From Chloroflexota bacterium (GTDB lineage: Bacteria > Chloroflexota > Anaerolineae > Aggregatilineales > Aggregatilineaceae), in NCBI GenBank assembly GCA_037447125.1, contig JBBIHG010000003.1, positions 8,493 to 72,492 of the forward strand: DNA of 64,000 bases, read 5' to 3'. Positions 1-8,608 of the stretch are shown piece by piece. The notes under the pieces were generated by a model. That model was not told the DNA's origin. It did no database searches and saw nothing but the letters and a program-made list of their open reading frames with translations. Every line of letters begins with the position of its first letter. Positions within the stretch are counted from its first letter, which is position 1. The position numbers were made by a program, and so were the translations under genes.

Positions 1-340
1 GGGAGAGCGCGGACGCCTGCCCTTCGCCCGCGGTCCGCTGGAACGCACTCCACGCGCCGCCGAAGACATTATCGAGAGCAGCGCGGAGCCGATAGCCGCC
101 GACTCGCCGGGTGCGCCGGGCGAGCGCGGACGCCTGCCCTTCGTCCGCAGTCCGCTGGAACGCGCCCCGCGCGACGCTGAAGAGATTGCCGAGAGCGGCG
201 CTGAGCCGAAAGCCGCCGGGTCGCCGGGAGAGCGCGGACGCCCCCCCTTTGCGCGCAGCCCGTTGGAACGCACTCCACGCGACGCCGAAGAGATTGCCGA
301 GAGCGGCGCTGAGCCGCAAGCCGCCGGGTCGCCGGAGGCG
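1..340 (+). repeat. In-frame tandem repeat inside the ftsK linker (units start ~1, 118, 226; 117/108 nt = 39/36 aa)
   Basis: GGGAGAGCGCGGACGCC restarts at 1, 118 (GGGCGAGCGCGGACGCC) and 226. Translated units read GERGRLPF.R.PLER.PR.AE.I.ES.AEP.AA.SPG. Unit lengths are multiples of 3, so this is coding repeat, not CRISPR. Confidence 0.85.
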
Positions 341-2713
341 CCAACCGGGCGATTGCGCCCCTTCCTGGAACGGGGAGCGCCGCCGCCCGCCGGCCCGGTC
401 GAGCCGCGCCGCGCGCCCTCTGAACCCGCTCCGATCACGCCGCCCGCACGGGACGAGGAACGTCATCCAGAGCGCCATTCCGAGCGCGGCGGGATGGGCG
501 ATGCGGCTGCTGCTGCAGGCGCATTGGGGGCGGCGGCTCTGTTGGGTCGCGCCCTGAGTCGCGACCAGTCGGGCGATGACAAGCCGGTGCGCGCCCCCCT
601 GCCAGACGAGAGCGCCCCCACTGACAAGGCTACCCTGCGCGCCCCGCTGCACGGCGCGATCCCTCCCCCCACGCCGCGCGAGGGTGAGCCGCACCTGCGC
701 CGCGAGATGCCCGTGGCGGCGGACGAAGCACCCACGAGCGAGGGCGCGCCGCCGGATGAGGCGCAGCTCCCCTTCACCGAGCGGATGGCGCGTCCGGCGC
801 ACCCCGAACTGCTGCGCCGCCGCGAGCAGTTGGAGGGACGGGGCCCGCGACCTGTGCCCGGCGTGCCCCTGCCAGAGCCGAAGCCGCCCGCCGGCGACCC
901 CACCCCTACCCGCCGCGCCGAGCCGCTGCCGGAGACAGTGCTGGAGCCAGAACCCGATCCCGGCCCGACCAAAACGCCGGACCCGGCGCATCTCGCCGAT
1001 TCGCAGCCCACCACACCGGCTCTCCGCGACACAGCCAAAGCCGGGCAGCCCACGGCAGAGCGCACCGCGCCGCCGGTTATGCGCCGCCCCGCGCCACCCC
1101 CCCAGCCTCCGCCGCGATCCGCGGGGCCGGTGGCGGTCGCCGGCACCGGCAGCAGCGCGCCAGAGCGTCGCGCCGCCGCGCCCGCCCCCCGCCAGATTGC
1201 CTACGAGCTGCCCGATTTCCACAAGCTGCTCAAGCGGGGCGAAGAGCGGCGCGTCAACGATGATGTGCTGCTCGAGAAGGCGCGAGTCATCGAGGATACG
1301 CTGGCCAGCTTCAGCGCGCCGGGCAAGGTCGTCGAGGTCAACCCCGGCCCGGTCATCACCCAGTTCGGCATCGAGCCGGACTACCTGATCACGCGCAGCG
1401 GCAAGAAGCAGCGCGTCAAGGTGGGGGCCATTGCCCGCCTGGACGCCGACCTGGCCCTGGCCCTGGCCGCCAAGTCGATCCGCATTGAAGCGCCGGTGCC
1501 GGGCAAGAGCATGGTCGGCATCGAGGTGCCCAACAACGAGGTGGCCCTGGTCAGCCTGCTGGACATCATGGAAGCGCCGGAGTTCACGCGCATTGAGTCC
1601 CGGCTGCGCCTGGCCCTGGGGCTGGGCGTGGACGGAACGCCGGTCGCCGCCGACCTGACGGCCATGCCGCACCTGCTCATCGCCGGCACAACCGGCTCCG
1701 GCAAGTCGGTGTGCGTCAACGCCATCATCGCCTGTCTGCTGTTGCAGAACACGCCGGACGACGTGCAGTTCATCATGGTAGACCCCAAGCGTGTCGAGCT
1801 GACCAGCTATAACGGCATTCCGCACCTGGTCGCGCCGGTCGTCGTAGACCTGGAGCGGATTGTTGGAGTGTTGCAGTGGGTGCAGCGCGAGATGGAGTCG
1901 CGCTACCACAAGTTTGCGGCCATCGGCGCGCGCAACATCCTCGACTACAACAAGAAGATCGGCCCCGACCAGCGGCGGATGCCTTACTACGTGGTGGTCA
2001 TTGACGAACTGGCCGACCTGATGATGCTGGCTCCTGACGAGACGGAGCGATTGCTGGCCCGCCTGGCGCAGATGGCCCGTGCGACCGGCATTCACCTGAT
2101 CATCAGCACGCAGCGGCCTAGCGTGGACATCATCACCGGGCTGATCAAGGCCAACTTCCCGGCGCGCATCGCCTTCATGGTCGCCTCGTCGGTAGACTCG
2201 CGGGTCATCCTCGACCAGCCGGGCGCGGAGAAGCTGCTGGGGCGCGGCGACATGCTCTTCCAGTCGCCGGACGCCGCCGCGCCGCAGCGGATGCAGGGCG
2301 TCTACGTTTCCGACGAGGAGATCACGCGCATCACCAGCTTCTGGCGCACGCAGCTTGTGCAGAAGGCCGGCTCCGATGGTCTGGCCTTGCCGGGCCGCGA
2401 GATCGCGCTCGGCGCCGAGGAAGGGCGCGGAGCGCGCGTGGGCCGCCGCGCCAGCCAGCCGCCCGCCCAGCAGGCGGCGCTGTGGGATACGGAAGAGATC
2501 AGCGACGCGGACGGCGACGGCGAGGACGATCTGTACGACCAGGCGGTTGAGCTGGTGCAGAGCCTGCGCAAGGCGTCCATCTCGCTGCTGCAGCGCCAGT
2601 TGCGCATCGGCTACACGCGCGCGGCGCGGCTGATTGACCGCATGGAGGAGGATGGCATCATCGGCCCGGCGCAGGAGGGCAGCAAGCCCCGCGAGGTGAT
2701 CAAGTACGATTGA
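2..2713 (+). CDS. ftsK: DNA translocase FtsK/SpoIIIE, 5'-partial (continues upstream of the window)
   Basis: The frame is open from the window edge with no stop before the tracked TTG at 263. A Pro/Ala-rich linker precedes the motor domain: Walker A 'LLIAGTTGSGKSVCVN', 'YYVVVIDELADLMM', 'GIHLIISTQRPSVD'. C-terminal gamma wHTH 'SISLLQRQLRIGYTRAARLIDRMEEDGIIG'. Confidence 0.93.
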   Translation, partial: GERGRLPFARGPLERTPRAAEDIIESSAEPIAADSPGAPGERGRLPFVRSPLERAPRDAEEIAESGAEPKAAGSPGERGRPPFARSPLERTPRDAEEIAESGAEPQAAGSPEAPTGRLRPFLERGAPPPAGPVEPRRAPSEPAPITPPARDEERHPERHSERGGMGDAAAAAGALGAAALLGRALSRDQSGDDKPVRAPLPDESAPTDKATLRAPLHGAIPPPTPREGEPHLRREMPVAADEAPTSEGAPPDEAQLPFTERMARPAHPELLRRREQLEGRGPRPVPGVPLPEPKPPAGDPTPTRRAEPLPETVLEPEPDPGPTKTPDPAHLADSQPTTPALRDTAKAGQPTAERTAPPVMRRPAPPPQPPPRSAGPVAVAGTGSSAPERRAAAPAPRQIAYELPDFHKLLKRGEERRVNDDVLLEKARVIEDTLASFSAPGKVVEVNPGPVITQFGIEPDYLITRSGKKQRVKVGAIARLDADLALALAAKSIRIEAPVPGKSMVGIEVPNNEVALVSLLDIMEAPEFTRIESRLRLALGLGVDGTPVAADLTAMPHLLIAGTTGSGKSVCVNAIIACLLLQNTPDDVQFIMVDPKRVELTSYNGIPHLVAPVVVDLERIVGVLQWVQREMESRYHKFAAIGARNILDYNKKIGPDQRRMPYYVVVIDELADLMMLAPDETERLLARLAQMARATGIHLIISTQRPSVDIITGLIKANFPARIAFMVASSVDSRVILDQPGAEKLLGRGDMLFQSPDAAAPQRMQGVYVSDEEITRITSFWRTQLVQKAGSDGLALPGREIALGAEEGRGARVGRRASQPPAQQAALWDTEEISDADGDGEDDLYDQAVELVQSLRKASISLLQRQLRIGYTRAARLIDRMEEDGIIGPAQEGSKPREVIKYD

Positions 2714-2828
2714 GTGGTCAGTCGGGAGTCATGGGTCTGGAGTTCGGGGACTGGTGCCAGATTCCAGACTCGTAATCTCCTATCATGTAACCGCAGGCGT
2801 TTCCCATCAGGTTGAACTGAGAACCAGG

Positions 2829-3719
2829 ATGAGCATTCCTCAACCCTTTCCGTACCAGGGAAGCAAAAGGAAGATCGCGGATACCATCATCGCGCAGCTT
2901 CCCGATGATGTGAATACTCTGATTGAGCCTTTCGCTGGTTCAGCGGCCATCTCGGTGGCGGCAGCGACCAAAGCGAAGGCTCAGCATTTCGTGCTCAACG
3001 ACGTGAACGCTCCCCTGATGGCCCTTTGGAACGAGATCATCAACCAGCCTGATTGGCTGGCTACTCAGTACGAGCACCTGTGGACTGCCCAGAGAGGCCG
3101 GGAGAAAGAATACTACTTCACCATCAGAGATGAGTTCAACCGGACTCACCAGCCCCACCATCTACTCTATTTGCTCGCCAGGTGTGTGAAAGCATCCATT
3201 CGCTACAACACGGATGGCGATTTCAACCAAGGCCCGGACAACAGAAGAAGAGGCATGCATCCTGTTACCATGCGCCGGAACATTCTGGCTACCTCGCAAC
3301 TTCTGAAAGGCAAGACAACCGTTCACGCGCTTGACTATCGGGAAATCATCTACGAAGCGCGCCCTCTCGATGTGATTTACATGGATCCGCCTTATCAAGG
3401 GGTGTGCAAGAAACAAGACCCGCGTTATCTGCAAAGCCTGTCGTTCGAGTCGTTTGTCGCCTCTCTGCACGCGCTCAATCTAAGAAATATATCCTACATT
3501 GTCAGCTACGACGGGCGAACAGGCACCAAAACCTATGGTGAGACGCTCCCCAAATCGCTTGATTTGAGGCACCTTGAGATCGAAGTGGGGAGATCGTCCC
3601 AAGAGACGCTTCTGGGACGCAACAAGATAACCTTTGAGTCTTTGTACCTGTCTCCGGCCCTGTGTGCCCGTCTCGAAGGCCGGCCCACCCCTTTGCGCCA
3701 GATGGCGCTATGGGCTTGA
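2829..3719 (+). CDS. D12-class (Dam-like) N6-adenine DNA methyltransferase
   Basis: 'FPYQGSKRKIA' N-terminal motif, 'EPFAGSAA' AdoMet motif, catalytic 'IYMDPPYQG'. ATG at 2829 (MSIPQPF) is preferred over the tracked 2754 start. Low-GC pocket (27/60 G+C at 3481-3540). Confidence 0.85.
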   Translation: MSIPQPFPYQGSKRKIADTIIAQLPDDVNTLIEPFAGSAAISVAAATKAKAQHFVLNDVNAPLMALWNEIINQPDWLATQYEHLWTAQRGREKEYYFTIRDEFNRTHQPHHLLYLLARCVKASIRYNTDGDFNQGPDNRRRGMHPVTMRRNILATSQLLKGKTTVHALDYREIIYEARPLDVIYMDPPYQGVCKKQDPRYLQSLSFESFVASLHALNLRNISYIVSYDGRTGTKTYGETLPKSLDLRHLEIEVGRSSQETLLGRNKITFESLYLSPALCARLEGRPTPLRQMALWA

Positions 3720-3723
3720 GAGC

Positions 3724-4596
3724 ATGACCGCACAAGACCTTCCCTCAGAGTTTCTGGAATTCTTGAGCAGCATCAGTAGCAAGCGCCCGCGCACTGTCAT
3801 CGAGCATATTCTCAGGCACGGCTACATAACCACCGAAGAACTCAAAGAACGCTATGGCTATAACCATCCCCCACGAGCCGCTCGTGATGTCCGCGAACAG
3901 GGAGTCCCGCTGGTCACCTTTCGGGTCGTGGGGAGTGATGGGCGGCAAATCGCCGCTTATCGGCTTGGCGATCCCGCTGAAGCCAGAATGGATAAGCTTG
4001 GCGGACGCAAGAACATTCCCAAACACCTCAAGAAGGAGCTTGTGACGATCAGTGGCTCCCAGTGTGCCATCTGCCTTGAAGACTACGCGGCCAGTTATCT
4101 TCAGGTTGACCATCGCATTCCGTACCAAGTCAGTGGGGAGCAGAGTTCTACACGTCTTGTTGACGACTACATGTTGCTCTGTGGGTCATGCAATCGGGCG
4201 AAATCGTGGGTCTGTGAGCACTGTGAGAACTGGCAAACCCTGAAGTCGCGTGAAGTCTGTGCGTCCTGCTATTGGGCATACCCGGACTCATATGACCATG
4301 TGGCGATGCGACCTATCCGCAGACTGGAAATTGTGTGGTCACAAGGCGAAGAGCTGACCTTCGACGAACTTAAGAGACGCGCCGAACTCTGCGAAGAAAC
4401 CTTGCAGCAGTACATCAAGGCTGTTCTGGCTCGCCATCTAGGGCACGAGCAACGCACGAACGACCTGCAAGACCGGCCCTGGCCCCATGCGCCTGCTGCT
4501 GCGCGAACCCTACGACACCGGCGCGCGCGCGTGGCCCAGTTCGACTGGACGCACGCGGCCCCGCAGTGCGACGCGGCGCTGCTCAGCGGACGATGA
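3724..4596 (+). CDS. HNH-family endonuclease with N-terminal wHTH-like region and extra Cys clusters; putative restriction partner of the 2829 methylase
   Basis: ATG at 3724 lies 4 nt after the methylase stop. HNH core 'QVDHRIPYQ...LLCGSCNRAKS' with CxxC pairs (CAIC, CGSC, CEHC, CASC). The last ~45 codons (after ~4460) are high-GC, look non-native, and overlap the convergent gene by 14 nt. Confidence 0.7.
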   Translation: MTAQDLPSEFLEFLSSISSKRPRTVIEHILRHGYITTEELKERYGYNHPPRAARDVREQGVPLVTFRVVGSDGRQIAAYRLGDPAEARMDKLGGRKNIPKHLKKELVTISGSQCAICLEDYAASYLQVDHRIPYQVSGEQSSTRLVDDYMLLCGSCNRAKSWVCEHCENWQTLKSREVCASCYWAYPDSYDHVAMRPIRRLEIVWSQGEELTFDELKRRAELCEETLQQYIKAVLARHLGHEQRTNDLQDRPWPHAPAAARTLRHRRARVAQFDWTHAAPQCDAALLSGR

Positions 4597-5020
4597 GCCA
4601 CACGCCGACGAACAGCACGACGATGCCGATCAGGCGTTGCGCGTCGAGGTGATGGACTTCGGTGCCCAGCAGCCCGAAGTGATCGAGCACCACGCCCAGG
4701 ACGAGCTGCCCGGCGACGATGAGCGTCACCGTCGGCGCGACGCCGACGCGCGGGATGGTGTAGCTGACCGCGCTGAGGATGACCAGCCCCATCAGCCCCA
4801 CCCCCAGTGTGTACCAGGGCACGCTGCGAAACTCGCCCAGGCGACCACCGCCACGCAGCAGCAACGGCACGGTCACGGCCAGCGCTCCGCCAATGTGCAC
4901 GATGAAGATGCTCTCCAGCAGCCCCAGCCGCTGCGTCATCAGGCTGGCCAGCGGTCCCTGCAAGCCCACCGCCAGCCCGCCCAGCAACCCCAACAACACC
5001 ACAATCACCAGTGTCGGCAT
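4583..5020 (-). CDS. DUF606/YdcZ-like DMT-superfamily membrane protein
   Basis: Hydrophobic ~145 aa protein starting MPTLVIVVLLGLLGG (ATG at 5020). The tracked 5185 start adds an Arg-rich non-membrane leader that is unlikely to be real. Confidence 0.6.
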   Translation of the reverse strand: MPTLVIVVLLGLLGGLAVGLQGPLASLMTQRLGLLESIFIVHIGGALAVTVPLLLRGGGRLGEFRSVPWYTLGVGLMGLVILSAVSYTIPRVGVAPTVTLIVAGQLVLGVVLDHFGLLGTEVHHLDAQRLIGIVVLFVGVWLIVR

Positions 5021-5025
5021 AATGA

Positions 5026-5616
5026 CTACACTTCTCCAGCATACAACCCGGCTAATCGTTGGACGAGACGAAGAGTCATCTGCGCGTCGCCGAGGGCGCT
5101 GTGTGTGCCTGCCGGGGCGACGCCCACCATCGCGCAGGCCGCGCTGAGTTTCTGCCAGGCGAACGACTGGCGTGCGCGGTTCCACTGGCCATGGTACTCA
5201 GCAAAACGCAGCATGGCGCAGTGCCAGGGCGCTGCCGGGAATCGCTCCAGTTGGTAGGCCGCGCAGGTCTGGTTGAGCATCCGGCGGTCGAAATCGGCAT
5301 TGTAGGCGACGATGGTCCGCTCCTTGAGCACGGCGGTCAGTTCGGTGTAGACCTCCGGGAAGGCCGGCGCGTCCCTGACCATGTCCGCCGTGATGCCGTG
5401 CACGCGGCTGGCGTCCGGCAGAATAGGCACCGTGGGCCGGACCAGGCGCACCAGTAGCGGCTCTCCCGTCTCGTCAATGACGGCGACCTGCACGATCTGG
5501 TCGCGCTGGCCCAGGCCGGTCGTCTCGGTATCCAGCACGACCAGCGGCTCCTGAAGCACCTCGTAAGCCCAGCGCAGCGCGCGGGCGCGGTAATCGGCCA
5601 ATGCTCCGCGATCCAT
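5026..5616 (-). CDS. DnaQ-like DEDDh 3'-5' exonuclease
   Basis: ExoI 'VVLDTETTGL', ExoII 'IVAYNADFDRRML', ExoIII 'HSALGDAQMT'. Confidence 0.8.
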   Translation of the reverse strand: MDRGALADYRARALRWAYEVLQEPLVVLDTETTGLGQRDQIVQVAVIDETGEPLLVRLVRPTVPILPDASRVHGITADMVRDAPAFPEVYTELTAVLKERTIVAYNADFDRRMLNQTCAAYQLERFPAAPWHCAMLRFAEYHGQWNRARQSFAWQKLSAACAMVGVAPAGTHSALGDAQMTLRLVQRLAGLYAGEV

Positions 5617-5634
5617 AGCCTGCTCTCCTGCTGC

Positions 5635-7887
5635 TCACATATCCATGGGCTTAAGGAAATCGGCGACGATGGTCTTCTGCCCGACGCCGCCGGGGAAGAG
5701 CACGTCCACCTGTTCCAGGTCGCCGCTGGCCCGCGCGCTGATGACCACGCCCTCACCGTAGCGGACATGCCAGACCAGGTCGCCGCCCTTGAAACGCGCT
5801 GCCGGCGCGGGGCGCGCGGCCTTCTCGCGCGGGCGATCTTCGACGCTCGCGCCCCGGTCCCAGCGAATGAGCGCCTGGAAGCTGTCGCGGGCCAGGTCGG
5901 CCTGCAGGCGCAGGCTAAGCGGCGAGCCTTCGCGCGCGCTTTCGGGGATGTCGTACAGGAAGCGCGAGGGCAGGTTGGCCCGGCTGTCGCCGTAGAGCGA
6001 GCGGATGGAGGCGAAGACCAGGTACAGCCGCTGCTCGGCGCGGGTGATGCCCACATAGAGCAGGCGGCGCTCCTCCTCGACAGCGCGGCGGGCTTCGTCC
6101 TTCTCCTCCGTTGAGGCAGCCGGATTGCGCTCCGGGCCAATCGAGCGGGCGTGGGGCAGGATGTTCTCCTCCAGCCCGACGATGAACACCACCGGGAACT
6201 CCAGCCCTTTGGCCGAGTGCAGGGTCATCAGGCTGGGGCGGTTCTCGTCGTCGTCGCGCGTGTCCACGTCGGAGACGAGCGACACTTCCTCCAGGAAGGT
6301 CGCCAGCGGCAGCCCGGCGTACTGTTCGGCATAGCCGCGCAGCTCCAGCACGTTCTCGATGCGGCTCTCGCCCTGCTCGGTGCGGTCGTCGAGATAGCTG
6401 AGGTAGCCGGTGTCGTTGAGCACGCGGGTCATCAGCTCGTCGGGGGCAAGCCGGTCTTTGAGCGCGCGCCACTCGGCCACCTGCGCGGCGAAGGCGGACA
6501 GCAGGTTGCGCGCCCGCCCGCTGAAGGGGCTGTCCATCTGCGCGTCGGGCAGCAGCATGAGCGCCTGCGGCGCGGTCGTGCCTAGCTGCTGCGCCCAGGT
6601 GTCGAGCGTCTCCAGCGTTTTGGTGCCGATGCCGCGCGTGGGCACGTTGATGATGCGCTGCAGGCTGATATTGTCGTCCGGGTTGTGGATCAGGCGCAGG
6701 TAGGCGATCACGTCCTTGATCTCTTTGCGTCCGAAGAAAGCCGTGGCGCCGACGACGCGGTAGGGCATGTTCGCCCGGCGGAAGCCCTCTTCCAGCGCGC
6801 GGGACTGGGCGTTGGTGCGGTACATGATGGCGAAGTCGCCCGGCGCGTACTCGCCGCTGGCGACCAGCTCGGCGATGGTCTCCACCACGAAGCGGGCCTC
6901 GTCGTCCTCGTTGTACGCCTCGTAGACATAGGCCAGCGGCCCCTGCTTGCGCGCGCTGAAGAGGGCCTTGCGCGCGCGGTCGGTGTTCTGGTCAATGACA
7001 CCCATCGCCGCGTCGAGGATTGCCTGGTGCGAGCGATAGTTCTGCTCCAGCAGGATCACCTGGGCGTCCGGGTAATCTTCGCGAAAGCGCAGCACGTTGC
7101 GGTAGTCCGCGCCGCGAAAGGCGTAGATGCTCTGGTCCGGGTCGCCAACGGCGAACAAGTTACGCCGCTCGCCGGCCAGCAGGCGCACCAGCACGTACTG
7201 GGCCATGTTCGTGTCCTGGAACTCGTCCACCAGGATGTGCTGGTAGCGCCCCCGGTAGCGGGCCAGCACGTCGGGCTGGTCGCGGAAGAGCAGGACGGTG
7301 TGCATGAGCAGATCGTCGAAGTCGCGGGCGTTGTTCTCGCGCAGCAGCTCCTCGTAGCGCAGGTAGGCGCGGCGCACCTTCTCGTCGCTGTAGTCGCGCG
7401 GCTGGTACTCGCCCGGCCCGATCAACTCGTTCTTGGCCGCCGAGACGCCATTGAGCAGGGCGCGCGGCGTCACTTTCTTGGGGTCGAAATTCAGCTCGGC
7501 GATGACCTGGCGCATGATGCTGAGCTGGTCGTCGGTGTCGAAGATCACATAGTCGCGGCTGAGCGGTGTGTAGTCCGCCTCCATACGCAGGAGGCGCGCG
7601 CAGACGGAATGGAAGGTGCCGATGCTCAGCCCATCCAACTGGCCGGAGCCGCCGAGCAGCCCGACGACGCGGTTTTCCATCTCGCGGGCGGCCTTGTTGG
7701 TGAAGGTCACGGCGACGATGTGCCAGGCGCGCACGCCCCGCTCCTGGACCAGGTAGGCGATGCGGTGGGTGAGGACGCGCGTCTTGCCGCTGCCTGGCCC
7801 GGCCAGCACGAGCACAGGGCCATCGCCCGCGCTCACCGCCTGGCGCTGCTGGGGATTCATGCCGCTGAGAATCTTCGAGGACGTCAC
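5635..7887 (-). CDS. pcrA: ATP-dependent DNA helicase, UvrD/PcrA/Rep family
   Basis: 'LNPQQRQAV'-type start, Walker A 'AGPGSGKTRVLT', 'ILVDEFQDTN', 'QNYRS', 'LMTLHSAKGLEFPVVF', 'LLYVGITRA'. Confidence 0.93.
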   Translation of the reverse strand: MTSSKILSGMNPQQRQAVSAGDGPVLVLAGPGSGKTRVLTHRIAYLVQERGVRAWHIVAVTFTNKAAREMENRVVGLLGGSGQLDGLSIGTFHSVCARLLRMEADYTPLSRDYVIFDTDDQLSIMRQVIAELNFDPKKVTPRALLNGVSAAKNELIGPGEYQPRDYSDEKVRRAYLRYEELLRENNARDFDDLLMHTVLLFRDQPDVLARYRGRYQHILVDEFQDTNMAQYVLVRLLAGERRNLFAVGDPDQSIYAFRGADYRNVLRFREDYPDAQVILLEQNYRSHQAILDAAMGVIDQNTDRARKALFSARKQGPLAYVYEAYNEDDEARFVVETIAELVASGEYAPGDFAIMYRTNAQSRALEEGFRRANMPYRVVGATAFFGRKEIKDVIAYLRLIHNPDDNISLQRIINVPTRGIGTKTLETLDTWAQQLGTTAPQALMLLPDAQMDSPFSGRARNLLSAFAAQVAEWRALKDRLAPDELMTRVLNDTGYLSYLDDRTEQGESRIENVLELRGYAEQYAGLPLATFLEEVSLVSDVDTRDDDENRPSLMTLHSAKGLEFPVVFIVGLEENILPHARSIGPERNPAASTEEKDEARRAVEEERRLLYVGITRAEQRLYLVFASIRSLYGDSRANLPSRFLYDIPESAREGSPLSLRLQADLARDSFQALIRWDRGASVEDRPREKAARPAPAARFKGGDLVWHVRYGEGVVISARASGDLEQVDVLFPGGVGQKTIVADFLKPMDM

Positions 7888-8106
7888 CCGGCCCGCTCCT
7901 ATGTTCTACTCGCCGCGGCTATTGTAGCTGGGGACAGAGGCGGTTGCCAGCCAGAATCGGCCTGGGCGTGCGTGCCAGGGTTGTTACCAAATCGCTTGCC
8001 GCAGGGGCACTGACCTCATCCCCAGCCTTGCTGCGCCCGGCTTGCCCCCTCTCCATGACGTGGCTGAGGGGGCGGCGAGGCCCGCGTCAGTGGGCCGAGC
8101 GGGGGT

Positions 8107-8136
8107 GTAGGGGCGGGTTTCGAAACCCGCCCCTAC
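8107..8136. repeat. Perfect 30-bp palindrome GTAGGGGCGGGTTTCGAAACCCGCCCCTAC (copy 1 of 2)
   Basis: An identical 30-mer recurs at 40167-40196. Both copies are intergenic. Confidence 0.9.
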
Positions 8137-8215
8137 CGGGCGCAGCAGGGCAGCGCCCCTACGTGCCCGGCGCGGTATCCGCGATTATGAAGAAGGGAAG
8201 CGTATTGCAGCTAAG

Positions 8216-8257
8216 TCCCCTCTCCGCGTGTGGAGAGAGGATTTAGGGGTGAGGTGA
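8216..8257. repeat. Imperfect GC hairpin repeat (CCCCTCTCC...GGAGAGAGG...GGGGTGAGG type)
   Basis: Same style as the hairpins at 43881-43973 and 61856-62020. Confidence 0.5.
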
Positions 8258-8351
8258 GCCCGCCCATCCGGGCCTGGGCAAGTGGTGAGCAGCCGCTAAC
8301 CAAGAGACTCCGAAAGTCTGCGCGTCTTCCGGAGTCTCCTGACTCCTCACA

Positions 8352-8510
8352 TCACTGCCTGGTCTCGGCCAGATGGCGCTGGTACGCCTTCCAGCCGGGG
8401 CACCAGCCGGTGTGCCAGCGCCACAGGCGCGCCCACCACTTGTTGGGGTTTGCTTCGGCGCGGCGGCGCAGTCCGCACGTCTCGCAGCGGAACTTCTTCG
8501 CTTCGGCCAT
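8352..8510 (-). CDS. Small Cys/Trp-rich protein (52 aa), not in the ORF track
   Basis: Hand-translated: MAEAKKFRCETCGLRRRAEANPNKWWARLWRWHTGWCPGWKAYQRHLAETRQ. A GGAG sits ~8 nt upstream of the ATG (8510). Contains a CxxC...CPGW motif. Confidence 0.5.
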   Translation of the reverse strand: MAEAKKFRCETCGLRRRAEANPNKWWARLWRWHTGWCPGWKAYQRHLAETRQ

Positions 8511-8608
8511 TGGTTGGTCTCCTCAATCCCGACTACTATCCAACAGCCTACTCCTGATCCTCGAGGGCGTCGCGTGGCGATCATCACCGCTCGCCGCGCC
8601 GAGAGGCA

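Noticed and set aside
1-340. Possible CRISPR array (also considered for 63495-63770)
   Set aside because: The units are 108-117 nt (78-84 nt for the S1 tail), contiguous with no spacers, multiples of three, and inside clear coding frames.
69-557. ORFs 69-344 (minus) and 111-557 (plus) over the repeat region
   Set aside because: They are alternative frames of the ftsK linker repeat. The ftsK frame is open from the window edge and continues into the motor domain.
6685-8013. 442-aa plus-strand ORF
   Set aside because: Antisense to the UvrD/PcrA helicase, which has clear motifs. Its Arg/Ala/Gly/His-rich composition is typical of shadow ORFs in GC-rich DNA.
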